NCBI GenBank assembly: GCA_973851085.1
Contig: OZ316776.1
Coordinates: 3,968,001-4,032,000 of the forward strand
Length of the DNA: 64,000 nucleotides
From: Ptychomitrium polyphyllum
Lineage: Eukaryota
Reading direction: 5' to 3'
Shown here: in pieces, positions 40,757-53,100 of the stretch
Numbering within the stretch: the stretch's first letter is position 1
How the letters are laid out: every line of letters begins with the position of its first letter
Program-made: the position numbers and the translations under genes
Notes under the pieces: generated by a model
The model's database searches: none
The model's input: the letters and a program-made list of their open reading frames with translations, nothing else
What the model was told of the DNA's origin: nothing

Positions 40757-41253
40757 GACAACGCCCAGAACTTACGATTGCACACTGCAAACTCCCAGCT
40801 ACCTCATTTCAAAGCATGAAAGGCGGCCTCTCGTGGGCTCTAGATGACTTATACACCCTGAAGACAGTTCAAAGCAAACCCAAAGTTTCTACCAATGCTT
40901 GAGAGAATTCGTAAAAATTGCTACCGTCACCCAGCAAATCCTATTCCGAAGCACAGGGAGAGCAACGAGAGAGCAACATGATAGACCAAAGGGATCAAGT
41001 TTGAATAAAATTCTCGGTTTCAGCGTTCCCTTGTGGGTTCTCCCATTTGTTCCCAACCTCAAAACCCTAAATAGCTCGTCGTTGGGCATCATCAGAGTTT
41101 TTCTCCGGGTTTGTTGAGTTGGGTTTGGGTGTTCGAGGTCGCTTCGAGAGTTCATTGTTGTTGGGTTGGTTTGTGGATTGTCATTTCTGGGTTTCTGTTC
41201 ATTGTTGCCATTGTTGTCTCCCATCTCGAGCAGCTTAGTGCAGGGTTTTGGAC
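40757..41253. promoter_or_regulatory. Compact bidirectional promoter/5' UTR region between STR8 and SAP18, with telo-box AAAACCCTAA (41061-41070)
   Basis: The divergent start codons are only 497 bp apart and the telo-box is visible. Confidence 0.6.
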
Positions 41254-43023
41254 ATGGCAGCGCAAGTAGCACCAGCGCCCCCGGATGTGCAAGCGCGAGG
41301 TCCTCCTCGTAATGTGATGGCCGCGCCGAGAGGTCCGCCAGGCCCGCCTCGCAATATTCCGGTGGTCGACCGAGAGAAGGTCCGAGTTCCGTTCCGTTTC
41401 GTCCTTTGTGATGTTTTCTTGTGTATGCAGATAGAAGTGATCGGTTGAAAGTTTGCCAACTCTGAGCTCTCTGTCCTTTGTCCGTTGAAGAGCTTTTAGC
41501 ATCGAGGGAGAGCGATGTTTATCAATTTCTTGAACATGAGTTTTATTTGGGTCTTATTGGTTACGCCGCAAACTGTGGTTAAAATAAGTTTGATAAATGG
41601 GAGCACAGGGTGAGAACTTCCATCCTTTACTTGCTGCTTAATGTGAGCAGTAATCTATATGTTCTTGCTCAGCGTTGTCGTCAGTAACCGATGGTTGAGG
41701 TAGGAAGGGCACGATGCGACGATCGAATAGATGCTCGAGGTTCTCATGGAAGTAATTAGGTCACGGGATTGCCTCTTTCAAATGGCAGGCGTAGCAGAGA
41801 GACCAATTATAAGCAGACCACATGATAAGCAGGACCTTCTATGGTCCATGTCTAGATGTTTGTCCTACGTTGATGTAGAGTTGATTTCCCGAGAGATTAA
41901 TTGCACTGCCGCAGTTACTATGATCGTCCTTTGGTTGTACTGATTGTGAACGTACATGTGTTGTAACAGACATGCCCTCTGCTCCTTCGAGTATTTACGA
42001 AGGTACTAAACTTACTCTCGTTTTCTTTTGCGTTCTATTTTGTGGTTATCATAACTGTACATAGTTTCACCTTCTCTGTATATTTACTCTGAGTAAACTT
42101 TGATACCTGACTTGTTTGGGGTTGAGCAGAACGGCGCTCACCACACTGTTGAAGATTTCAGCGTTCGAGGAAAAGAACCCAAGGACGAGGTTCAAATCTA
42201 CACATGGCGAGATGCCACTCTGCGGGAGCTAACTGATCTGGTAAGTACACTGATCGTTACGGCAGTTATGTTAGTGATGCTTTCCTGTCGATGATAAATA
42301 TTGTCAAGTTGAACAAATGAGTTCATGTATGAATTTGGTTAATTTTTAGAAAACAGGACATTCCTTAAGTGAGGTTCTCCTCCATTAGCTAGCCTCATGC
42401 AGCCGCTTCAAATGAATCTTTCTAGGATTATTACTACGGAAGAAAGCTATCTTCTCCTTGATGAGTATCACGCTCAAGGATACTAAGTTATTAATATTCT
42501 TTGATTCAGGTGAAGGAGGTAGCTCCCGCAGCAAGGAAGCGTGAAGCACGGCTGTCTTTTGCTTTTGTTTATCCTGATCGACGTGGTCGCAATGTGATTC
42601 GCACTGTAAGCCATCATATCTCACCGAATTGAGAAAACCATGGCATTCCAGAGTTTATCACATTGCTAGCAGATTTCCATTTTAAAGGACATTCTAAAAT
42701 TGTAATGTCATGGCAATGGCTGGTGATGATCTATGAATGCTTGTTTGTGTCACTGTGTAATGCTTGGCAAACTTTGGGCTGACAGGTAGGCATGACAAAC
42801 TCCACACCCTCTGCAAGAAGAGGTGACGATTTTCGGAGTCTTGCAGAGCTTCAGTTTCAGGTAGTTAATATTCATGTTCAGTCCCATGACTTGATTCATC
42901 TCTGCAAAGGAAACTATAGCTGTTGATTTCTCATGGTTCAAGATGATATTGCAGCAAACTGACGTAAATTTTTGATTGGTTCTGCAGACTGGGGACTTTC
43001 TGGATGTAGCTATTTTCAGCTGA
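41254..43023 (+). CDS. SAP18: Histone deacetylase complex / ASAP complex subunit SAP18, 158 aa; exons 41254-41379, 41970-42002, 42130-42240, 42510-42605, 42786-42860, 42988-43023
   Basis: PVVDREK|TCPLLLRVFTK|NGAHHTVEDFSVRGKEPKDEVQIYTWRDATLRELTDL|VKEVAPAARKREARLSFAFVYPDRRGRNVIRT|VG..|TGDFLDVAIFS*. All introns are phase-0 GT-AG. Confidence 0.95.
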
Positions 43024-43675
43024 AAGCCAGCTAAAGGTTGATATCACAGGTGTGTTTAGTGCAAACAGTAGATACGAAACTCAGCTCTCACAAGCATCTT
43101 CTATCTTGAGCTGCCCAAGAGAGGAAATTAGATGGGAAGTTTTTTCAAGCAGGAAAGGAGGCCATGCAAGTTTAGACATAATAGGTCCGTTATGCAGGAT
43201 TGAGAACCTTTTTTTTGTAATTGCATGTAACAAATCTGTGTATGAATCATCAAAGACAATGTTGAAGACTTGGTAAAGTGGCATGCTAGGTTCCTTCAAA
43301 TCCCCCCTTATGAAAGGTTGGTAGAAAGCTGTCTAAGGTCTTAAAATGTCAGTTCCTCTGTTAAGAAGGAAATGCAAAAGAACAAATAACTTTAGATACT
43401 GCTTGTCTTCATACAGGAAGTTGGTCCAGAGTGCCTACTTTCTTCATGGGTTAGCTCAAGAAGTTCAGCATTTTGATTGTTATTAAGAATGGTTACAAGA
43501 TTTGTAGTCAACATCATCATGGAATGCTAGTCAGCTTATATTGATAAAATATGGATGCACTTCATATTTTTTCTAATCTACTGTAAAAGCCTATGCCTTG
43601 TGGACCTTCTTAAAAAGATTTTGGCGGGCTTTTAGAAGCTTTTAAATTTCTATTAAACACTTATTAGAACTCTTA

Positions 43676-43883
43676 TGATATCAGTGGAAGGTTCAAATAG
43701 CATTTGGATGTATTGAGATGAAGGTTCAAATAGCATTTGGATGTATTGAGATGATTGATATCAGTGGAAGGTTCAAATAGCATTTGGATGTATTGAGATG
43801 AAGGTTCAAATAGCATTTGGATGTATTGAGATGATTGATATCAGTGGAAGGTTCAAATAGCATTTGGATGTATTGAGATGATT
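43676..43883. repeat. Higher-order tandem repeat: 33-bp unit AAGGTTCAAATAGCATTTGGATGTATTGAGATG x5 in an 80-bp period (2 units plus 14-bp linker)
   Basis: Units at 43688, 43721, 43768, 43801 and 43848 are identical. Linker ATTGATATCAGTGG. Confidence 0.95.
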
Positions 43884-43953
43884 TCAAAAGATTAAGAAGT
43901 TCCAGAATATTAAAGAATGTATTGGAAATCTATAATAGATTTGAGAGGTCTAT

Positions 43954-44308
43954 TGTCACGGACATACATATTAGAAGGATCTATAAGCTACCTTGGTATA
44001 GGAAGCTTCCATGGAAGTTATTTGGACTTAAGAAGCTTCCAAAGAAGCAATTTAAGGTTGCTTGAGTACAAAGCAATGTAGTAGAAGCTTCCCAAGAAGC
44101 TTCCAAGGCTTGTAGTTCTAATATATATAAAAGTCAAGGTTGAAGGAATCTTTTGTCTCGACAACACATCTCTTGTGATCTAGCTCAAACCTTTTGGCCT
44201 TGTCTTTGTACCTTGTTATAGCTCTTTACCTCTAATATACCTTGGATATATCTTATTTCACATTCTGGAATCCTGGAGCCTTGTCTTATAATTACTTTGT
44301 CTATAATA
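43954..44308 (+). repeat. 5' LTR of outer element
   Basis: Aligns by eye with 55371-55747. TATA at ~44122-44132. The terminal CA is mutated to TA. Confidence 0.9.
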
Positions 44309-44499
44309 ATTTGTCTAGACTGTCATATAAAAATATTAGAACTTGGTCTTTCTTGATAGAAAGCGGATCACCCCTCTTCTTGAAAGCACTATAGCATTCT
44401 AAAAGTTATGAATTACCCTCCTTTGGACTAATATTGCCTCTTGAATTTTTTTTGGTTTTTTTTTAATTTTTTATGGACAAGTTCAAACTGAAAATTGAA

Positions 44500-47400
44500 T
44501 GTCAACGCCTAAAAGACTAAGAATCAGTCTTCCGAAGAAGTTTGATGGTATGCGTTCGAAATTTTGAGGTTTTGTAAACCAAGTTCAACTTGTTACCTTG
44601 CTTTAATTCCAATGATATCCTACGAACGCTTTGCACATTGATTTGGTAGGAACGTTGCTCTAAGGACAAGCATTGTCCTAGTTTGCAACACTTCTTGAGA
44701 AGAATTCTTCTTTACTTAGTAACTTTGATGCGTTCCTTGACGCGTTTGCAGTAGCATTTGGTGACCATGACAAGCTCTGTTCTACAACTACTAAGATTGT
44801 GCCTTAGGCCAAGGGCCACGTTCTATGTCAATTTATGCATCGAAATTTTAATAACTTGCATGTGACATCAATTGGAGAGAAGAAGCAATGATGTATCAAT
44901 TTATCTAGGGCGTATGCAATGAAATTAAAGATGTATTGCTATCCATGTCACACCCCCAAACACTTGATGAAGCCATTAGTCAAGCTTTGAAGTGCAATAA
45001 TTGTCTATATCAACATCAACAAGATAAATAGACTTTGATTACGCCTAGGCCATATATCAACTCTTTAGTAGCTTTAGTCCTATATACATTTAATAAATAT
45101 TTGGAAGCGAAAGCCATGTAGATTGATATAGTTTGCTTCAAGCCCCTTACCGAATATGAAAAGAAGCAATGGAGAGAACAAAGATTGTGTTTGTACTACG
45201 AATTACTTGGCCACAAAGTTGATAATTGTCTAGAGAAACTTCTACGTACATATCAGATGAGAGGTACAACTACAACACCAAACATTTTGCTAAAAAACAA
45301 GGACATCTAGCCATAGTGCAGCTAGATCTGCTTCTTTAGCAAGAAAACAAAAATCTTGTTCTATTAGCTTACATTTCCTCATGTTTTACTATACTTGTTT
45401 GTTTAAATGTTCAAAAGCTAAAAAGCCTTTGTTCTAATAGATTTGGAGGCCTCTGCTTATTTTATTGACAAAAAAAATTTCAAACCTTATAAGTTTCCTT
45501 TTGTTAGAAAATCCAAATCCGTCCATGTAGAAATTATAGATGATCAACCATTATCTTCCAAAGATACTATTCTTGAGACCAATCCATTAACAAAAACATT
45601 GGCCAATCATAGTAGTCAAGTGATATTTAATATCATTTGGTCTTCGTCAAATCCCATCATTTTAGGACTTTTTTGATTCAAAAAGTACAACCTCCAGATA
45701 GATTGGGGATCCCACAAAAAAAAATTCCATCATTAGAACTTGTAACTACTAAGCCTACAAAGAAAGTTGAAGCATCTTATAAATCTAAGACCACTAAGTT
45801 TCTTTATATTGGAGCTAAAGCATTTATAAGAGCAGCAAACATTGGTGCTTCTTTTGCTGTGTATACAATTTCAACGTCCAAAGTCGTGGCTTCATCTTCA
45901 ATAATTCTAGAAAAGTATAAAGAGTTCAATAATGTAATTGAATAGAAAAATACAGACACTCTACCAAAACATTGCTTTACAACTATGCCATAGACTTCCA
46001 AGATAGCACCTAGCCATCATCTGAACACATCTACAATTTATCCCAAAACGAATTTTTTTCACTAAGGGAGTATTTTGATGAAAACTTAGCCAAGAACTTC
46101 ATACAACATTCAAAGTCTCCTGCTGCTGCTCCAATACTTTTTGTAAAGAAAAAAGATGGATCCTTACAAACGTGTGTCGATTACCACCGCTTCAATAAAA
46201 TGACGGTGAAGAACCTATACACATTACCGCTAATATTTGGGCTTCTTGATCAACTTGGTTAAGCAAAGCTCAATACCAAAATAGACCTACAAGGAGCCTA
46301 CAATCTGGTGCCCATCAAAGAAAGAGACGAATGATAAACAACTTTTTGAACAAGGTATGAATATTTTGAATACAATGTTATGCCTTTTGGACTTACCAAT
46401 GCACCCATCATTTTTTAGCACTTGTTGAAAGATATATTTTGGAAGTGCCTCAATGATTTTGTCATATGCTATTTATATGATATCTTGATCCCTTCAAAGA
46501 ATCTTGATGAACATAAACGGCATGTCCGCATAATATTACAAAAGCTACAATATGCTAGTTTGTATGTCAAGCTAGAAAAATATATATTCCATAAACTTCA
46601 AGTGGAATTCCTTGAATATATCATCTCCAATAAAGGACTATTAATGGATTTAAAGAAGGTTGAAGCAATCGACGATTGGACGAGGCTAATATTAATACGT
46701 GATTTCCAATATTTTCTCAGATTTGCAAACTTTTATAGAATCTTCATCAAGTATTATTCTTAAACATCTGCACCACTCACGCCACTAACATGCTAGGAAA
46801 AGCTTAAGCGGGGATCTAATGCTGATGATGCATTCCAAAGTTTGAAGCGAGCTTTTACCACAACTTTTAATTTGATCCATCCGAACTTTTCAAAGCAATT
46901 TTGTTGTAAACCAGATGCTTCTGACTTTGCTATGAGAGCAATTTTATTACAAACGGGAGGAGAAGGGAGATTCTATCCGATTGCATTCCATTCCAGTAAA
47001 TTTTTAGCTGCAGAAACAACTATAAGATCCACAACAAAGAACTCCTTACAATTGTGGATTCTTTCCAAGAATGGCGTCATTGCTTGTAAATGCCGTGCAT
47101 CCAGTTATTGAATATACAGACTACAAGGACTTAAAATAATTCATATTAGCCCGTGTTTTGAATTGCCATCAAGCTCGTTGGAATATGTTTCTACCTCGAT
47201 TTGATTTTTGCACTCAAAAAACATCAAGGGTTGTGAGATGTTGTATTAAAGGGATCATATCTTGCGCCAAAAGAATGAGAAGCAACACATGATCAACAAC
47301 AAGCAATTTTATTGAAACCAAAACAATTTTGTGTACGCACAACCATTATTTCAACTCCGGTGGATTCATTGTTTTTTTGACCAAGTTTGTATGGCATGTA

Positions 47401-48830
47401 CCAAGGACCTTCTTATTCTTGATATCAAATGTTGTTCCAACAACCTCTTTGAAGATGTATCTAAATTTAAATTAAAAGACAACCTTCTCTATTTTGAATT
47501 ACATCTATATATTCCTAAAGAACCAATTCACCTTCGTGCACTTCAAACACGTCATGACTTTCCTACAACTGGACATTTTGGATTCAACAAAACCTTGGAA
47601 CTTCGACAGAGAGACTTTTGCTAGCCTCAAATGTGAAAGGCTGTCAAGGAATTTGTACTCCCGTGTAATACCTGCTCTCGGTAGAAGTACCCTCAACATC
47701 GTCCATATGAACTTCTTCAAATATTACCTATTCCAAGGCAACTGTGGTCATTTGTTTCAATGGATTTCATTACAGAACTTCCACTATCAAATTCTTTTGA
47801 TACCATCTTTGTTGTAATATATCGGTTGACCAGGATGGTATATTTTGTACCTTATAAGAAGACAATTACGTATGAAGAGACTGCCACACGCTTCATGGAT
47901 AATGTCTATTGCCACTATTGATTATCCGACAATATTATATCAGATCGTGGGCCACAATTTATATCAAGATTTTGGAAGTCGCTCTTTGAAATCTTTAAAA
48001 TAGACATAAAACTTTCTACTGCCTTCCATCTTCAGGCCAATGGCCAAACAGAACAAGTCAACCAGATCTTGAAGCAATATTTGAAGTGTACCATCAATTA
48101 CCAACAAGATGATTGGACTTCTTACTTTATATTTGCTGAGTTTGCCTACAATAACACCAATCACCCTTCCATCCAACAAACGCCATTCTACTCGAATTAT
48201 AGACATCATCCAAAGATGGATATGTTATAGCTTCCACGATCTAAGAATCCAACAACAGAGGAATTTGCCACAAGAATGGTAGAGCTTCAAACAGCTATGA
48301 AGAATCAACTAGAAGAAACTTAAGAACAATACAAAACGGCAGCAGGTGCAACAATGAAGGAATAATCCCCATTTTAAGTTGGTGAGAAGGTGTGGCTCCT
48401 TTGACTCAATATAAGGACCAATAGGCCATGTGACAAGCTGGACTATTGCAAATTGGGACCATTTGCAATAAAAAAAGAAATCAACCATGTGGCATATTGT
48501 TTGGAACTACCAACATCAATGAAAGTACATCCCATCTTCCACGTTTTACTTTTGGAAACATATAAAGAACTAAGTATCCCTGAGTGAAAGCAGCTACCAC
48601 CACCTGCGAATAAAATTGACGATGATTATGAATTTAAAATAAAAGAAGTACTTGATTCACAAAGAATATGTGAAAAGCTGGAATACTTGGTACATTGGCG
48701 CAGAAATTAAATTAATGAACATACATGGGAGCCAGTTAACAATCTTATCAGTTCACTAGTCAAAGTTTGTGAGTTCCATCAACAACATCCATCCAAATCA
48801 AAGGTAGCAACACACGGAACAGTGGCTCGG
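44500..48830 (+). pseudogene. Outer element gag-pol pseudogene
   Basis: gag LPKKFDG..GFVNQV; degenerate zinc knuckle CLYYELLGHKVDNC; protease IDLEA (decayed DSGA); RT KIDLQGAYNL/VMPFGLTNAP/YLYD; RNaseH DASDFA; integrase HDFPTTGHFG and SDRGPQF; C-terminal chromodomain VLDSQRI..LEYLVHW..HTWEP. Many stops and frameshifts. Confidence 0.92.
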
Positions 48831-49295
48831 TAAGGTTGCGTAACTTAGAAGGTTCTTAATGGTTGGGCTTTTAAGTAGGAGACAGGCTAATTCTTAGATC
48901 CTAAGTTTTCAAAGCTTCAGACATGATTTAGAAATAAGTCGTTTGTATTTTAAACTTTATTATAGTTGATTGAAACTAGCTTGATATATTAGATATGGAG
49001 AGTCAAGATGCAAATACCATGCCAGTGGCGTCAACTCAACCAAGTGGCTCTCATCGACAACCTCGTGATGATAAAGAAATTGAAGCAAGAAGACGTCAAA
49101 GGATACCTAATAATAGATTGTTGGAGATTGTATTTGAAGTGGAACTTGCTTACAAAGGTTATTCAAAATCAATGTTTGAAGAACACTTTCACAACGAAGA
49201 TCCGGAAGTTTATACTTGGTCTCAAGTAAAAGGCGTTCGATACTATCGGTGGTTACAAGGACCAATGAACCATTTAAGTTTTGAAAGGCAATTGG

Positions 49296-49929
49296 TCTCA
49301 TGGACATATATCATGCAAACATAGTCCTCAAAACATTCTAGAACCTTTTAGTATACTATAATAGCTTCTTAGAATACTTTTACATGTCTCCATAGTCTTT
49401 CCATGTTCTTAGGAAGCTTCCTAGGAAATTCCTCCACCTTAAGAAACTTCCTAGGAAGGTTCCATCATCTTAGGTTACTTCCTAGGAAACTTTCTGGAAA
49501 GGTTCCATTAGCTTAGGAAGGTTCCATCATCTTAGGAAACTTCCTAGGAAGGTTCCGCTACATTATAAAACTTCCAAAGAAAAATCCTCAACATTTGGAA
49601 AACTTCCAAGGAAGGTTCCAATTCCTTGGAAGACTCTTAGGAAGGTTTCAACATCTTAAGAAACTTCTTGGGAAGGTTCACTAGACTTCCAGAACATTCT
49701 TAAGCTTTGTAAGAAGCTTCTTTAGAAGTAGCCTAAGAGATACAAACGTCATAGTATAAATAGGAGGCAAGACAAGGTATTCCTTAGTCTTGCCAACACA
49801 AGTTGTGAATCATCTTGAATCCTGCCTTGTTCTAGTCTTTGTATCAAGTTCTTGTTAATCATTAACTCTTTGGAAGCTAATTTTTGGGAAACACTTCGTT
49901 TTTGCTTCTTGTTTTTTGTGTCCTTAACA
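49296..49929 (+). repeat. 5' LTR of inner element (634 bp) with internal ~30-bp subrepeats
   Basis: Aligns with 54720-55262 and has more GGAAACTTCCTAGGAAGGTTCC subrepeats than the 3' LTR. Confidence 0.9.
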
Positions 49930-50149
49930 GTTTAGGATTTTAGAGTTTAGGGTTCGCCTTTAAGGCTCCACTATTGTGCTTTGAGCCTTAAAGACAGATC
50001 TTATCGTTCATTACATGCTAATCTTTGGTTCTGCATGGGTTGAACATAAGCCTTCCCTTCTAATATTGGCCTCACGCAATCGAACAACCTCTTGATATAG
50101 GCTTTGAACATCACCATTAGATTCTTCAGCTTGCCAAGTATGTTGCTCC

Positions 50150-53100
50150 AAATTATTGGTGGGATAAGAAAGAAACTGCCTTTGGCGGGATTAAAAAGAA
50201 TGTAAAGAATTTGCTACTTACAATGCTAAAAGTTGAAAGATTGGACGAATTCATCACTCAAGCAATACCATGTGACAATAGACTATTTGACAGGCGCAAA
50301 GAACAACACTTGGGATGGCGACCAGTACATCAAAGCATGGCTACCACTTCTTCAAGAATATTGGAAAGCCGACCACAAGGACCAAAACCTATGCAAATTG
50401 ATGCTGCCTAGTTCAGACGTTAAACTCTAGAAGAAAAAAAAAGGCGTCGAAGAGAAAACCTATGTTTGTATTGTGGCAAGTCTAGACATAAAGTGCACGA
50501 TTGCTAAATTAAAGGATCTGCCTTTAAGGCTAAAAGCACAATGGTGGAGTTGGAAAACGAGGTTGTTTAATCACAGTAGGGTCCATGCGACTAGATACCA
50601 CAAGGAAACAACCATCAAATCAAGGTTTCTTACTACCTTCAAGCCCTATCTCTTGTTTTACATTTTCTATCAAAATTAAATTGTTAGATGATGAAATAAT
50701 TAGTGAGGCTCTTTTAAACACTGGTGCAACAACATATTTCATGGACAAGGATTTTGTAACCAAACATCACATGGTGCTTGTGAACAAAAAATATCCCGCA
50801 CCTATTGAAGTTAATGATGGATGATCTCTTGCATTTTGCAATGTTATTGAAGAAACTCAACCTTTGAAGGTTGTTTTAGGAGACCAGGCATTTAAGATTG
50901 TCTTCAACATCATTCAATGCCGAACAAATCCTATTGTTTTGGGCCTTCCTTGGTTTGAATTACATAATCCAGACATTGACTGGCGCTCACAAAGTGTGGT
51001 CTCAACAAAAAGACGCCAATGTACGATAAATCTTGGACCATCATTTATTGAAGCTAAGGCATTTATAAGAGCGGCAAAGGATGAACCAATTTATGCCATT
51101 TATGCCACGCCAATGTCTAGCTCAACAACAGAGACTAATTGAAACATACCTCTTCAATATCAAGATTATATTGACGTTTTTGAAAAGAAAAATGCCGACA
51201 TGTTACTAAAGCTCCGGCCTTACGATTGTACCATTGAATTGCAAGAAGGAGCCCAACCACCTTTTGGACCTATTTATAACTTATCACAAACTGAATTGAC
51301 TGCCTTCAGTGATTATATTGATGAAAACCTTGGAAAGGGTTTCATTCAATAGTCTAAATCACCTGCTGGAGCACCCATTCTATTTGTAAAGAAGAAAGAT
51401 GGATCATTACGTATGTGCGTGGACTATCGAGGCCTCAATAAAGTAACAAAAAAGAATTGCTATCCATTACCATTAATCTTAGGACTCCTACAACAACTTG
51501 GCCAAGCAAAGATATTCACCAAAATTGATCTTAGAGGAGCCTACAATCTTGTACGCATCAAAGAAGGAAACGAATGGAAGACAACTTTTTGATCTAGGTA
51601 TGGTCATTTTGAATACAATGTCATGCCTTTTGGCCTTGCTAATGCCTCCGCAGTCTTCCAACATATGATGAATGATATCTTCCATGAACATTTGGACGAT
51701 TTAATAGTCATCTACTTAGATGATATTTTGATATAATCAAAGGATGAACAAGACCACCAATGTCATGTACGATTGGTCTTAGAAAAATTACACCAGCGAG
51801 GATTATATGCCAAATTAGAGAAGTGTCTTTTTCATGAATCCTCGGTTGAATTTTTAGGTTACATCATTTTCAAAGGAGGAGTCCATATGGATAAGAAAAA
51901 AATAAGCACTGTCATGGAGTGGAGTACGCCAAGATCAATTCGAGATGTTCAATGCTTCTTGGGATTTTCAAACTTCTACAAAATATTCATCCAAACTTAT
52001 TTTTAGATTGCGGCACCATTCACACATCTTACGGAGAAGCAAGAATTCAATTGGGATGTAGAGGCAGAAAAAGCATTTCAAAGTCTTAAGAAGTCATTCA
52101 CGTCGGCTCCAATTCTTAATCATCCAAATCCATCAAAGCCTTTCTATTTGGAAGCGGATGCCTCAGATTTTGCGCTTGGCTCAGTACTTTCACAATATGA
52201 TGAAGACAAGAGACTTCACTCTCTTGCCTTTTCTTCAATGAAGTTCTCAGCGGCAGAGATCAACTATGATATACATAATAAAGAACTACTTGCAATTGTG
52301 GATGCGTTTGAAGAATGGCAATACTTATTGGAAGGAGCTCAACATACCATCATAATATACACTCACCACAAGAATTTGGAGTATTTCATGATTGCACGCA
52401 TTTTGAATTGCCGTTAAGCGAGGTGGAGTATGTCGCTTTTTAGATTTGACTTTGCCATTACCTATCGATCTGGTAGCTTGCAAAGTAAGCCAGATGCCTT
52501 ATCTCAAAGATCTTATTTAACTCCTCAACCTGAAGATGATATTTTGAATCAACAAAGGACTATTTTATTGAAGCCTGAGAATCTTCAATTGAAAGCAGCT
52601 ATTATTACATTAACATCCCATCTTGACGAAATTCAGAAGGCTTTGAAGAATGACGTCTTTGTTTCAAATATAAAGAAGCGCCTTAAAGACAATGGAAATC
52701 CTTTAAATAGCGATGAGGACTTTGAATTCCAAGAGGGCCTATTTTATTATAAATGACTTTTGTACCTACCTCCAGGCCCTTTGCAATTGAAGATCCTTCA
52801 AGCACGTCATGATTTTCCAGCAGCAGGACATTTTGGATTCAATAAAACAATGGAGTTGATTGCTAGAGACTATTGGTGGCCACAAATGTGGAAGTACGTG
52901 AAGGACTTTATTCAATCATGCAACATTTGTGCAAGAGCCAAGGTACCAAGACACCAACCTCATCGTCTCTACCATCCGCTTCTAGTGCCAAAGTGCGCAT
53001 GGTTGTCTTTATCAATGGATTTTATCACGGAACTTCCAAACTCCGATTCTAAAGGTTCTAATTTGGTAGTGGTGGATTGATTTACTAAAATGGCACATTT

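Noticed and set aside
43676..43883. CRISPR-like appearance (33-bp direct repeats)
   Set aside because: Repeats are adjacent or separated by an identical 14-bp linker. There are no unique spacers and no cas genes, and the context is eukaryotic.
49296..49324. C-terminus VSWTYIMQT of track ORF 48995..49324
   Set aside because: Read-through into the inner element's LTR. The true continuation is at 55268.
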